A stretch of 64,000 bases of DNA from the IMG/VR virus record IMGVR_UViG_3300020536_000010, positions 15,038 to 79,037 of that record; one strand, given 5' to 3'. Below the pieces are notes generated by a model. It saw only the letters and a program-made list of their open reading frames with translations, did not search any database and was not told where the DNA came from. Numbering within the stretch: position 1 is the first letter of the stretch; each line of letters begins with the position of its first letter. Below are positions 18,463-28,900 of this stretch, in pieces. Source of the stretch: a virus. The translations under genes and the position numbers were made by a program.

Positions 18463-19806
18463 ATGACTATATCTAAAGCACAGTGGGATATGGATGGAGA
18501 CAACGTTCGTTTGTCTATGCCATTCAGCAAGGTTGATCAGGAGCGTAGAATCGTTTCTGGATTTGCCACACTTGACAATGTAGACAAGCAGGCAGACATA
18601 GTAACCACAGAAGCTTCTCTCAAGGCATTTGCCAAGTTCCGTGGCAACATTCGTGAAATGCACCAACCAATCTCTGTTGGCAAGATGGTTAATTTTAAAG
18701 AAGACAGATACTTTGATCCAGAAAGCAAGAAGTTCTATTCTGGCGTTTTTGTATCTGCATATATTTCTAAGGGTGCACAAAACACCTGGGAAAAAGTTTT
18801 GGATGGGACACTTTCTGGTTTTTCCATTGGCGGAAAGATGAATAAGTACGATGATATGTATGATGAAAAAATGGAAAAGACTATTCGCATAATCAAAGAC
18901 TATGATCTAATTGAGCTATCTTTGGTAGACAATCCAGCAAATCAGTTTGCAAACATTCTGTCTGTTGAAAAGGTGAATGGCGTAGATATGATCAAGGGGG
19001 AAAACCTTGACGTTGAGTTTGAGAATGTTTTCTGGGATAGAGAAAACGGTATCGTAAAGGTATCATCAGAAGAATCAGAAGAGAGTCCAATTAATGGAAC
19101 TCTAATGAAAAATATAGGTTTCGTTGAAAAAAATGACAGCGAAAAATCAGAAATGATAAAATTCTTAGTTGATAGTGCTAAAGGCATTAATACTTCTAAG
19201 ATGAAAAAGGAGGAAGATCCTATGAATGAAACAACTGAAAACATTGTTGAAAAGAACGATGATGTAGTTGAAGAAGCACAGGTCGCTCCAGAGGCAGATG
19301 CCGAAACCACAGCTGACGTAGAGAAAGCCTATTCTGAAGAAGACAAGGACAAGGAAGAAAAGTCCATGGACGAAGAGGAAAAGAAGGCTGACGACATGAA
19401 GGAAGACGAAGAAGAAACAATGAAGTCTGAAGACATGGAAGAAGCAGCTAAGGAAGAAGTATCAAAGTCAGACGAAGTTATTGCTACTGCAGTAGCTGAC
19501 ATTAAAGACACTCTTACATCAGCCTTTAGCGATCTAGCTGAAACTGTTAAGTCTTTGCACGAACAGGTTTCAGAACTAAACAAATCTCTTGGCATCGTCA
19601 AGGGAGAGCTATCTTCTGTAAAGGGAGAGCTTTCTCAGGCCAAGTCAGAATTTGACAATTTTGGAAAGCGAGTAGATGCTGTGGAAGCCGATACCGCTTT
19701 TCGTAAGTCTGGCGATCTAGGCGAGATCGTACAGGTTCAACCAGAAAAGGTTGAAAAATCCCTATGGGGCGGACGTTTCCTCAAAACTGCCGACTTATTT
19801 AAATAA
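18463..19806 (+). CDS. Prohead maturation protease fused to an acidic coiled-coil scaffold domain
   Basis: IVSGFAT..NVD.Q.D, IREMH, GTLSGFSIGG and ELSLVDNPAN motifs (HK97/XkdF-type protease); E/K-rich C-terminal half. Confidence 0.9.
   Translation: MTISKAQWDMDGDNVRLSMPFSKVDQERRIVSGFATLDNVDKQADIVTTEASLKAFAKFRGNIREMHQPISVGKMVNFKEDRYFDPESKKFYSGVFVSAYISKGAQNTWEKVLDGTLSGFSIGGKMNKYDDMYDEKMEKTIRIIKDYDLIELSLVDNPANQFANILSVEKVNGVDMIKGENLDVEFENVFWDRENGIVKVSSEESEESPINGTLMKNIGFVEKNDSEKSEMIKFLVDSAKGINTSKMKKEEDPMNETTENIVEKNDDVVEEAQVAPEADAETTADVEKAYSEEDKDKEEKSMDEEEKKADDMKEDEEETMKSEDMEEAAKEEVSKSDEVIATAVADIKDTLTSAFSDLAETVKSLHEQVSELNKSLGIVKGELSSVKGELSQAKSEFDNFGKRVDAVEADTAFRKSGDLGEIVQVQPEKVEKSLWGGRFLKTADLFK
19222..19806 (+). 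CDS. Putative nested scaffolding protein (in-frame internal start)
   Basis: Perfect SD AAGGAGG at 19207-19213, 8 nt before an in-frame ATG at 19222, at the protease/acidic-domain boundary. Confidence 0.6.
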   Translation: MNETTENIVEKNDDVVEEAQVAPEADAETTADVEKAYSEEDKDKEEKSMDEEEKKADDMKEDEEETMKSEDMEEAAKEEVSKSDEVIATAVADIKDTLTSAFSDLAETVKSLHEQVSELNKSLGIVKGELSSVKGELSQAKSEFDNFGKRVDAVEADTAFRKSGDLGEIVQVQPEKVEKSLWGGRFLKTADLFK

Positions 19807-19833
19807 GACAAAAATCACTTAGGAGGTGACAAT

Positions 19834-20964
19834 ATGTCGGAAGAGATTATTAAGAATCAGCCAGGTGAGTCTGGTGAACTAGGTGGCACTGCTCCTGGTA
19901 CTTTCCAAGGTCAGGGTGCATTTGCATCTGGTGGTATTGGTGGAGTAACAGATCCAGGTCCCAACACACTGGGTAACATTCCTAACGCTGAATATGGTCT
20001 AACAACTGGACCAAACGCCGTAAATCCTTCGGGTGATGCAGGCAGTGGTATTCTACGCCCTGAACAGGCACGTAGGTTTATTGACTACGTATGGGATGCA
20101 ACTGTACTCGCCAAGGATGGTCGCCGTGTAACTATGCGAGCTAACACCATGGAACTTGAGAAGGTTAACGTTGGTGAGCGTGTAATTCGTGCTGCAGCCC
20201 AGGCTGTAGGTAACTACGAAAACACTGGTGCTCAGTTCTCTAAGGTTGAGCTATCAACCAAGAAGATCCGTCTTGACTGGGAAGTCTCAGCTGAGGCTCT
20301 TGAAGACGGTATTGAGGGGGCTGCACTAGAAGATCACCTAGTTCGTTTGATGACAAATGCATTTGCAAATGACATTGAAGACCTAGCAATCAATGGTACA
20401 GGCACTGGCTCAGACGCATTCCTTTCAATTATGAACGGTTTCGTCAACAAGGTAAAGACCAACGGAGATGCTCACGAGGCTGTAGTAACAGTCGCTGACA
20501 ACGCATGGACACCAGAGGTTATGCAGGAAATTATTCTTGCTATGCCACGTAAGTACCGTGCAATCAAGTCAAACCTGAAGTTCTACGCAGGTACTGACGC
20601 ATTCCAGGGTATCGTTAAGAACAACGGTACACTATCTGACGCAATTGCTGAGGCTCTTGGAAAGAATGGTAACACCCAGGCTAATACCCAGGCTTACCTA
20701 GATGGACAGGGCCAGACATTTGGTGGTGCTCGCACTACCCGTGTTCTAGGAATTGACGTTCAGGAAGTTCCTTACTACCCAGATGGTTACATTGACCTCA
20801 CATTCCCAGCCAACCGTGTTTGGGGATTCCAGAGAGACATCACTGTAAACCGCATGTACCAGCCAAAGAAGGACACAATTGAATACACAGTATTCGTTCG
20901 TTTTGGTGTACAGTGGGAAGAAGAGGACGCTATTGCGTTCGCTGACGCAGCTGCTGACAGCTAA
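19834..20964 (+). CDS. Major capsid protein (HK97 fold)
   Basis: Follows the protease/scaffold gene; strong RBS AGGAGGTG and biased codons. Motifs GILRPEQARRFIDYV, LEDGIEG..LEDH....M...FANDIEDLAINGTG. Confidence 0.9.
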   Translation: MSEEIIKNQPGESGELGGTAPGTFQGQGAFASGGIGGVTDPGPNTLGNIPNAEYGLTTGPNAVNPSGDAGSGILRPEQARRFIDYVWDATVLAKDGRRVTMRANTMELEKVNVGERVIRAAAQAVGNYENTGAQFSKVELSTKKIRLDWEVSAEALEDGIEGAALEDHLVRLMTNAFANDIEDLAINGTGTGSDAFLSIMNGFVNKVKTNGDAHEAVVTVADNAWTPEVMQEIILAMPRKYRAIKSNLKFYAGTDAFQGIVKNNGTLSDAIAEALGKNGNTQANTQAYLDGQGQTFGGARTTRVLGIDVQEVPYYPDGYIDLTFPANRVWGFQRDITVNRMYQPKKDTIEYTVFVRFGVQWEEEDAIAFADAAADS

Positions 20965-20979
20965 AATATAGAAACAAAT

Positions 20980-21015
20980 TGAGGGGGCAGGGGCATCTAG
21001 CTCCTGCCCTCTTAT
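20980..21015 (+). terminator. Rho-independent terminator after the capsid gene
   Basis: GAGGGGGCAGGGGC-loop-GCTCCTGCCCTCTT hairpin (with G-U pairs) followed by a T-rich run. Confidence 0.75.
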
Positions 21016-21024
21016 TCATTAATC

Positions 21025-21033
21025 TGTTATAAT
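21025..21033 (+). promoter_or_regulatory. Extended -10 promoter
   Basis: TGTTATAAT directly after the terminator. Confidence 0.6.
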
Positions 21034-21056
21034 TAAAGTAAATATAGGGAGAATAT

Positions 21057-21545
21057 ATGTCAGAAGAAAACAAGGATGAAGAAATTATTCCTGCTGTACT
21101 GGAGCCAGGAGAGCCTCTTATCTCAAAAGAAACAGCCGAATCATTCCAGGCATTCATTGATGAAAGCTTGACTGAGAAATATGCTGAGGCAGTTAAAGAA
21201 GCAGAAAAGGCAGCTGAGACAGTTGCAGAGCCAGAAAATGTAATTACCAATAAGGTTCAAAATCCTGTAGTTGGTGATGGCACTGTTCAAGGAATTACCG
21301 CTGTTGAAAATGGAGTTATTGGTACTGGTAAAGTAGCCAAGAAGCCAAAGGCTTCGGCAAAGAAGGAAGAGACTAAAGTTGAAAAGGTTGCTATTCACTC
21401 AACCAAAAATGTAACTTGGAGTGGGGTTGGAAAGGTTTATAGGGGTTATAACTTGGTAACTCCAGAGCAGGCAGAAAAGTGGCTTACTCGTAATCACACA
21501 AGACTTGCAACACCACAAGAAGTTGCTCAGGAGTTTAACAAATAA
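21057..21545 (+). CDS. Hypothetical protein (head module)
   Basis: RBS GGGAGA; acidic disordered N-terminus and small C-terminal domain. Confidence 0.7.
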   Translation: MSEENKDEEIIPAVLEPGEPLISKETAESFQAFIDESLTEKYAEAVKEAEKAAETVAEPENVITNKVQNPVVGDGTVQGITAVENGVIGTGKVAKKPKASAKKEETKVEKVAIHSTKNVTWSGVGKVYRGYNLVTPEQAEKWLTRNHTRLATPQEVAQEFNK

Positions 21546-22424
21546 ATGGAAATATTGAGGGTTCCGCCATACGAGACTGATGTAACAATTACTGTTAGTG
21601 CTCCAAGCACTGAGTACGAGTACACCATTTTAGATATGGCGGATTCTTCAATAACTAATGGAGAAGCCACCTCTAATTTATCTTCAAAAATAACAATATC
21701 TTTACCAGCATTTTATGATAATACATACACAATATCTATCAATGATGACGAGTATATTATAGATGTAGTTAGGCCGTATGTTGATCCAAATACAAAAGGA
21801 GAGACGGCAACTGATGTCGAAGAGTATAGGAAAAACGAAGAGCTTGCTAGAGCGATTATTGATTCAATAATTGAAGACGGATTCTATTATAAAAAGAAAT
21901 CCTATTCTATAACTGGCCTTGGTGCAGATATTTTGCCAGTATGGGGAGATATCAAAAAACTCTTAAAGCTATATGAAAATAATGTTCTGATCTTTGATGC
22001 AAATAACCCAAATGATTATTTAATTCATTATGAAGTTGCCAAGGGTGGTTTGGGCATTCAGGAAAAAACAACAGAAATAATAAATAGAAACGAGTCTGCA
22101 CCTACACTTCTTCCTGCAGCAGGCTCAGACATGCTGGATTTAAATTTTGTTTATAGAGGATTTCCAAGAAGCTTTGATTATCTTGTTGTTGGGGAGTTTG
22201 GATATAAAAAGATTCCATCAGATATTGTTAGAGCAACAGAGTTGCTTGTAGAAGACATTTCTTGTGGAAGATTAGACTACTATAAGAGATACATATCTGA
22301 CTACAACACAGATCAGTTTAAGATCAAGTTTGATGCTGGCGTTTTTGACGGGACGGGGAATATTCTGGTAGACAAGATACTTTCAAAGTATCGCAGGCCT
22401 ATTAAGACATTGGGAGTTTTGTAA
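21546..22424 (+). CDS. Putative head-tail adaptor
   Basis: Position; C-terminal GY..IPSDI..ATELLVED...TGN.LVD.IL..Y pattern resembles gp6/gp15-like adaptors. Confidence 0.55.
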   Translation: MEILRVPPYETDVTITVSAPSTEYEYTILDMADSSITNGEATSNLSSKITISLPAFYDNTYTISINDDEYIIDVVRPYVDPNTKGETATDVEEYRKNEELARAIIDSIIEDGFYYKKKSYSITGLGADILPVWGDIKKLLKLYENNVLIFDANNPNDYLIHYEVAKGGLGIQEKTTEIINRNESAPTLLPAAGSDMLDLNFVYRGFPRSFDYLVVGEFGYKKIPSDIVRATELLVEDISCGRLDYYKRYISDYNTDQFKIKFDAGVFDGTGNILVDKILSKYRRPIKTLGVL

Positions 22425-22873
22425 TGGCATGTGGAGACAAAACAGACTTTGCATTTCCAATGGAAGCAGATATATTTTACCCAATAGTTGAGCAGGGTCC
22501 GCTTGGCAATGTTAAGAAAAATTGGATTTTAGATAGAACAATTGCATGTAACTTTAATACTACTGGAACAGCCTGGAAAGAAGAAGTAAAGCCAAACGTT
22601 GATCTTACTCAAGATAACATTATGCTAGGCAGAACTAAAGAAGATTTAAGAATCTCAAGCAGACAGGCCAGCAATGCAATAACAAATGTTATTGTTACAA
22701 ACATAAGAGATAAAAACTGCAATCCTTTATACATAGAAACATCTGGCCCAAGAAAGGGAAAGTCTACTATATTTGAAATTGCAACAAATCAACCTTTTGT
22801 TGGTCCATTTGGAAGTGTTGAATATTATAAAATAGTCATTCGTAGATCAGAAAATCAGGCGGCAGATATATAA
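22424..22873 (+). CDS. Putative head closure protein
   Basis: Size and synteny in the neck module; coupled start/stop. Confidence 0.45.
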   Translation: MACGDKTDFAFPMEADIFYPIVEQGPLGNVKKNWILDRTIACNFNTTGTAWKEEVKPNVDLTQDNIMLGRTKEDLRISSRQASNAITNVIVTNIRDKNCNPLYIETSGPRKGKSTIFEIATNQPFVGPFGSVEYYKIVIRRSENQAADI

Positions 22874-23541
22874 TGATAGCCTTAAAAATTAATAATAAAC
22901 AGTTTATGAGAGATATGGACAACACCATTGGTTACATGTTTGGTTTTATTGACGGAGTAAAGCAAGGCTTCCCGTCATTTTTAAGACAGCTTGGTGCCAT
23001 CTCAGTAGAGGGTTTAAAACAATATATTGATTCTAATGCCAGGGTAAATCCACAGCTAATGCATCACGTATACGAATGGTATCAAACTGGTTCACCAGAC
23101 GCTAGATTGTTCGATATATCATATATAGTAAATGGGGCAGGTCTTTCTTTTAATTCTACATTTAGACAATCTATATCTGTAAAGAATGGCTCAAAAGTTC
23201 CATTTTATAATAAAGCAGAAATTATGGAAAATGGCATTCCAGTAACCATTGTTCCAAAACAAAGAGTCCTTGTTTTTGAGGAAAACGGTGAGGATATATT
23301 TACATCTAAACCAGTTAGAGTTGACAATCCTGGTGGAGAAGTTGAGGGGGAATATAAAAAAGTGTTTGATTCATTTTTTAGCAGATACTTTAGACAATCA
23401 TTTTTAGAAATTACTGGAATAGCCAGTTATTTGCGTAACCCAAGGGACTTTAGTGTAAACTTTAGTTCTGGTAAAAGAGGCGGAAGATCTAGAGGAATTA
23501 ATGTTGGACAAAAGTGGATTCAGAGGGCGGGCTTAGTATAA
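22873..23541 (+). CDS. Putative neck/tail completion protein
   Basis: Synteny; coupled start/stop. Confidence 0.45.
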   Translation: MIALKINNKQFMRDMDNTIGYMFGFIDGVKQGFPSFLRQLGAISVEGLKQYIDSNARVNPQLMHHVYEWYQTGSPDARLFDISYIVNGAGLSFNSTFRQSISVKNGSKVPFYNKAEIMENGIPVTIVPKQRVLVFEENGEDIFTSKPVRVDNPGGEVEGEYKKVFDSFFSRYFRQSFLEITGIASYLRNPRDFSVNFSSGKRGGRSRGINVGQKWIQRAGLV

Positions 23542-24119
23542 TGGCAATATCTTACCCACCTATATTTATTAATGATTATCTGTCTCAGAAAATACCATCA
23601 GCTCTTGGCAGAGAGAGGTTTACTGCTGGAATCATGAGATTTTTCCCAACAGCCCCAACAGACTTGCAGGCCCTAACTGAAACATTTCCAGAAGCATCTG
23701 CAGATGTTTTTGCAGTTTATGACAGAATGTTTAAAATGCGTAGACGAGCATTCCCTCATATCAAGGATGAGCAGTTGCTTTATTATTTTTACAAAATGCA
23801 TAGCGATCCAGAAGCTCTTATTTTTGCAACTCAGGTAGTCCAAGACTTGCTAGATCGTGGAGATGAGTCAGCAGCAGACCTTAACGAGTGGATTATGAGC
23901 AGTCCAGATTATGACCCAATAACTGGGCTATACAAAGAAGAGTTTCTACCCGTATTTTTTCATGATATCAAGATCTACCAGCTAGAAGAAACTAGAGACA
24001 TTATTGACTTTGGAACAGCTAGGACTTATGCTGGAAACAAGATAATTATTGACTATTGCTATCACACTAAAGGCTATTCTACAGGAAGTTCCTCATATAA
24101 CGATACTGCTATTCGATAA
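23541..24119 (+). CDS. Putative tail terminator
   Basis: Directly precedes the tail tube gene; ATG 23541 overlaps the previous TAA. Confidence 0.45.
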   Translation: MAISYPPIFINDYLSQKIPSALGRERFTAGIMRFFPTAPTDLQALTETFPEASADVFAVYDRMFKMRRRAFPHIKDEQLLYYFYKMHSDPEALIFATQVVQDLLDRGDESAADLNEWIMSSPDYDPITGLYKEEFLPVFFHDIKIYQLEETRDIIDFGTARTYAGNKIIIDYCYHTKGYSTGSSSYNDTAIR

Positions 24120-24124
24120 AAGAC

Positions 24125-24133
24125 TGGTATAAT
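24125..24133 (+). promoter_or_regulatory. Extended -10 promoter
   Basis: TGGTATAAT upstream of the major tail gene. Confidence 0.6.
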
Positions 24134-24187
24134 TAAGCTGAGGAAACATCGCCCACTTATTCCATATAGAAAAAAGAGGTGAAAATT

Positions 24188-24811
24188 ATGGCATATACAC
24201 GTGGTTCAAGTAACAACATTATCGTTGGTGCAGCAGCCCTCTTCACATATGAAGATGGTTTGCTAGCCGACGGCGACTTGCCAGCATATGTAGATGACGT
24301 GTCTTACAAGACAACGCTATCTGCTGATGCTGACTTCCGCAACGTTGGTTACACAATGAACGGTCTAGAGATCGTCTTCCAGCCTGACTTTGGTGAGGTA
24401 CAGGTTGACCAGGTTCTAGACGTTGCTAAGCTATACAAGCAGGGTATGCAGGTTAACCTGAATACTACCTTTGCAGAATCTACACTAGAGAATCTTCTCT
24501 TTGCTGTAGCTGGAAAGGACTCTGACCTGACTACCGTTGCAGGAAATCCAACAATGAACCTGTCCGCAGGTGACATTGGTGAATGTCCAGTAGAGCGTGG
24601 TCTAGTTGCAGTTGGTCCAGGCACTGGTGACTGTGCAGCTTCCGACCAGATTGAGCGTGTTTACGTTGCTTACCGTGCACTCTCTATTGAGAGCGTAACA
24701 GTGGGTGCAAAGCGTGACGAAGCTACAATGTTTGAAGTTTCGTTCCGTCTGCTTCCAAATGATGACGCATCATACGGAAAGATTGTGGACCGTACAATCC
24801 CAGCTAGCTAA
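24188..24811 (+). CDS. Major tail (tube) protein
   Basis: RBS GAGGTG before ATG 24188. NVGYT.NGLE..FQPDFGEVQVDQ..D...T.FAE.TLENL pattern, highly biased codons and siphovirus synteny. Confidence 0.8.
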   Translation: MAYTRGSSNNIIVGAAALFTYEDGLLADGDLPAYVDDVSYKTTLSADADFRNVGYTMNGLEIVFQPDFGEVQVDQVLDVAKLYKQGMQVNLNTTFAESTLENLLFAVAGKDSDLTTVAGNPTMNLSAGDIGECPVERGLVAVGPGTGDCAASDQIERVYVAYRALSIESVTVGAKRDEATMFEVSFRLLPNDDASYGKIVDRTIPAS

Positions 24812-24832
24812 ACCTAGCTTATAACTTAATAG

Positions 24833-24871
24833 AACTGCCCTAGCAATTGGTTGCTGGGGCAGTTTACTTTT
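24833..24871 (+). terminator. Rho-independent terminator after the tail tube gene
   Basis: AACTGCCCTAGCAA-TTGG-TTGCTGGGGCAGTT hairpin followed by TACTTTT. Confidence 0.8.
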
Positions 24872-24879
24872 GGTATAAT
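24871..24879 (+). promoter_or_regulatory. Extended -10 promoter, leaderless transcript
   Basis: TGGTATAAT, with ATG 24886 six nt downstream. Confidence 0.6.
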
Positions 24880-24885
24880 AGTATG

Positions 24886-25581
24886 ATGGCCACTAGAGTG
24901 TATGAAACAGCAATTATCAAGCTAATAGATGGCACTCTAATTGAAATATCCCCATTAAAAATTAAATATTTAAGACAATTTATGGATGCCTTTGAGTTTG
25001 TAAAAACTGCCAAAGATGACGACGAGGCCATATTTTTTCTTTCTGAATGTGCAAGGCTTTGCATGCAACAGTATTATCCATTAATAAAAACAATATCTGA
25101 GTTAGAAGATAATATTGATTTAAAGACTATTTATAAAATTATTGATATTGCAGCTGGGGTAAAAATTCAAAAAGAAAGCAATAAAGAAGTTAAAGATCAA
25201 GCAATTAGTAGTGGGGCAGATTGGTCTGGGCTAGATCTTGTTAAGCTAGAGGCTGAGGTATTTTTAACTGGTATTTGGAAAAATTATGAAGAAATGGAAG
25301 CAAGCATTTCGATGCCAGAACTAACGTCTATCTTAGAAACAAAAAGAGAGCTTGAGTATAATGAAAAAAAGTTTTTTGCAGCAATACAAGGAGTTGATTT
25401 AGATAAGCAAACAGGAAAGTCTGATTCAAATGCTTGGGAAAAACTTAAGGCAAAAGTGTTTAGCAAAGGAAAGACTAGCGATCCAAATGACATAATTTCC
25501 CTTCAGGGGGATGCTGCCAAAAGGGCTGGGTTTGGTATTGGTATGGGTCTGGGGTATGAAGATTTAACCAAAAAAACATAG
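24886..25581 (+). CDS. Tail assembly chaperone, long (GT-like) form
   Basis: Between tail tube and tape measure genes. The N-terminal ~90 aa align by eye with the 25632 protein, followed by an extra C-terminal domain. Confidence 0.65.
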   Translation: MATRVYETAIIKLIDGTLIEISPLKIKYLRQFMDAFEFVKTAKDDDEAIFFLSECARLCMQQYYPLIKTISELEDNIDLKTIYKIIDIAAGVKIQKESNKEVKDQAISSGADWSGLDLVKLEAEVFLTGIWKNYEEMEASISMPELTSILETKRELEYNEKKFFAAIQGVDLDKQTGKSDSNAWEKLKAKVFSKGKTSDPNDIISLQGDAAKRAGFGIGMGLGYEDLTKKT

Positions 25582-25587
25582 TGTCTA

Positions 25588-25596
25588 TGCTATAAT
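25588..25596 (+). promoter_or_regulatory. Extended -10 promoter
   Basis: TGCTATAAT in the gap before 25632. Confidence 0.6.
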
Positions 25597-25631
25597 TATT
25601 AAAGCCAAAAGCCTTTAGGGAGGAATTAATA

Positions 25632-25943
25632 ATGGCAATTACCGTAAGCGAAGAAAAAACAATTAAACTATTAGATGGACAGGAAATTACAATTAGGCCT
25701 TTGAAGGTTTCCCTTCTAAGACCATTTTTGAAAAAGTTCCAAGCTATCCAGGATGTTGCAGAAGACAATGAGAAGTCAATGGATCTTTTGCTAGAGTGTG
25801 TCCAGATTGCTATGCAGCAATTTAAACCAGAGCTAGCTGAGGACATCAAGGCACTAGAAGAGGTTTTGGACCTTCCAACAGTCTATAAGATTGTTGAAGA
25901 GGCATCTGGAAACTCAACTATTTTTGGTGCATTAAACAAGTAA
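25632..25943 (+). CDS. Tail assembly chaperone, short (G-like) form
   Basis: 103 aa, strong RBS GGGAGG, immediately upstream of the tape measure gene. Confidence 0.65.
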   Translation: MAITVSEEKTIKLLDGQEITIRPLKVSLLRPFLKKFQAIQDVAEDNEKSMDLLLECVQIAMQQFKPELAEDIKALEEVLDLPTVYKIVEEASGNSTIFGALNK

Positions 25944-25974
25944 ATATGATTTAGCAACTAGGAGGTGCTGATGA

Positions 25975-28900
25975 ATGGCTGATGATATTAGATCTGACAT
26001 TAGAATTGGTGTCGATACGTCCCAGGCTATTGCAGAAATTAAGCAGCTGCAAAGACAAATATCTCAGCTAAATACTCAGCTAATCAAAAGTGGTGCCCAG
26101 CAGGCACAATCTGCACAAAATATTCAAAGAGATTTAATTAAAAATATTAATTCTACTGGAAAGTTTGCAGCAAATGTAAGAACAATTTCTACAACGGCAG
26201 AATCATTTACAACTGCTCTTGAAAGAAATAAACTCTCTATGGGGGAGTATTTTAGATATGCTGGTGCCTCTACAAAAACATTTGGCAGATTATTCAAAAA
26301 TGAATTTGCCACTATTGAAAAAGTTGCTCGTGAAAGAGTAAAAACTCTTCAGACTCAGTATATAAAGCTAGGTCGTGACGCTAATGGTGCTATGAAGGCC
26401 ATTTCGGTACGACCTTTAGCTTTAGATATGGAAAGCCTTGCAACCAAAACAGCTCTTGCAGCTCAAAGGCAGCAATTATTTAATCAACTTCTTAAGCAAG
26501 GCTCTACAAATCTTTTAAATTTTGGTAAAAATACCCAGTGGGCTGGTCGTCAGCTTATGGTTGGTTTTTCTATTCCACTTGCTTATATGGGTGCAGCTGC
26601 TGCTAGAGAATTTAGAAAAATAGAAGAACAAGCCATTAGATTCAAGCGTGTTTATGGAGATGCTTTTTCAACTCAAGCAGAAACAGACAAAGCTTTAGAA
26701 AACATGAAACAGCTTGCAGATGAATTTACAAAATACGGTATTGAAGTAAATAAAACTTTAGAGTTAGCAGCCGATGTTGCCCAGATGGGTCTTAAGGGTG
26801 CAGATTTACGTGCACAGGTAACAGAGGCTACTAGGCTTGCAGTCCTTGGTGAGGTAGAACAGCAAGAGGCTATGGCAGCTACAATTTCTGTTACAAATGC
26901 ATTTGGAACAGCAGCAGAAGACCTGGCTGAAAAAATAAACTTTTTAAACGCAGTTGAAAACGAAACCGTGACTGCAATTCAAGATTTAACTATTGCTATT
27001 CCAAAAGCTGGTCCAGTAGTTAAGCAGCTGGGTGGAGATGTGGAAGACTTGGCATTCTTCCTAACAGCCATGAAAGAGGGCGGCATTAATGCATCAGAAG
27101 GTGCTAACGCACTAAAGTCTGGTCTTGCATCTTTAATTAATCCAACCGATAAAGCAGCAGCGATGCTTCAAGGATTTGGAATTAATCTTAGACAAATTGT
27201 TGAAGTGAATAAAGGAAATGTTACTGGCATTGTTATTGACTTTGCTAAAGCACTTGATACCCTAGATCCACTTAGCCGTGCAAGAGCTATAGAGCAGTTA
27301 TTTGGAAAATTCCAGTTTTCTAGGCTCTCAACGTTGTTTCAGAATGTTGTAAAAGAAGGAACTCAGGCATCAAAAGTTTTGGCACTAGCTAGCAAAGATG
27401 CTGGGGAGTTGGCCATTATTGCAGAACGAGAATTAAAGCGTGTTGAAGAGTCCCCATTATTTAAGTTTCAAAAACAACTTGAAAAATTCCAGGCTGCACT
27501 AGCCCCATTAGGAGAGCAATTTTTAAAGGCAATAACACCATTGCTTGAGTTTGGAACGGATGTTCTTAAAAACTTTAATAATATGAGCGAAGGGGCTAAA
27601 CAGTTTGCAGTAATAGCAGCTACAGTTGTGGCAGGTATAGGTCCAGTATTTTTGATGATGTTTGGTCTTATTGCTAATGGTGCTGCAAACATTATTAAGC
27701 TTTTTGCCAATTTAGCAAGAATATTTACTGGAGTTGGAAAAAACTCTAAAGACTTGGGCATATCAACAGAATATATGACCCAGCAGCAACTAGAAGCTGC
27801 AGCTGTAGCAGCATCTCTTAATCAAACACACTCTAAGTTAATTCAAACATTTACTTCTGAGGCGGCAGCTATAGATAAGTTAGCAATTTCATATGGTAAA
27901 GCAATTCTTCAGCAGTCCAGACTTCTCGGTGTTGATCCAGTGACTGGAGTGCCACTTGGTGCTGGTCCAAAAGCAAGACCGCCTAAAAAATTAGCAAGGG
28001 GAATTGTTTCTGTTCCAGGTCCAAAAGGTGCAGGGGACGTTGTCCCAGCCATGCTATCTCCTGGAGAAGCAGTTATTCCAACCAAACAATCACAAAAATA
28101 TGCTGGTTTAATCCAGGGTATGATAGATGACAATATTCCTGGATATAGTGTTGGTCGTAATCCATTTGCAGGATTATTAAGAAAAAATCAAAATAATCCA
28201 ATTGGAACAGTTTTAAACTTTATTTTGGGCAGAGGAAAATCACTTACAGAATACGAAGGGATGGCAGCTCGTAGATTTTTAAGGTCTCGTCCAAATATTG
28301 CAGTAAGAATGCCAATGGATAAGTTTAGTGAGCTTGCTTCTACCCCAGGCCAAAGATATAAGAGTCTTTTTGAAACAGGTTTTAGTAAAGCAGGAGATAC
28401 CACAGCTAAAAGAGCACAGGCAGAGGCAAAGATTTTTGGTCTTCCAGAAAATATTGATCCATCAATGCGTCCAGTTTATGGGTACTTATATAAAAAAGAA
28501 AGAGGGCTTTATGATCCAAGACTTCCACTTAGGACAAGATTAGCTAATAAGCTTTTTGGAAGGGCTGGGTCATCAACACGTGGCAGTGAGTTAAGACATA
28601 TATTTGGTTCTACTGGATCACTAATGAATCCAAAAACATTTAATTATGGCAATATTGCTATGCTTTTAAACAAGAGAAAAGTTGGAAAGCGTACAACATT
28701 TACTTTTGGAGACAGCTATCAGTCTCGCAATAATGAGTATGCAACGCCAGCACCTTTTGGCACATTAAGTGCAAGAAAAATAAAAGGTGCTTACACATCA
28801 AAGGATAAAGACTTCTTTGAGGCCCAGATTATGGGAGGATTTACTCTAAAAGATGTTAGAAGAATTGTTGCTACAGAACCAGCTCTAATTCCACAAATTC

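Noticed and set aside
25900-25975. Programmed -1 frameshift after the short tail chaperone
   Set aside because: No canonical slippery heptamer was recognised, and there is no room for a T ORF before the tape measure start.
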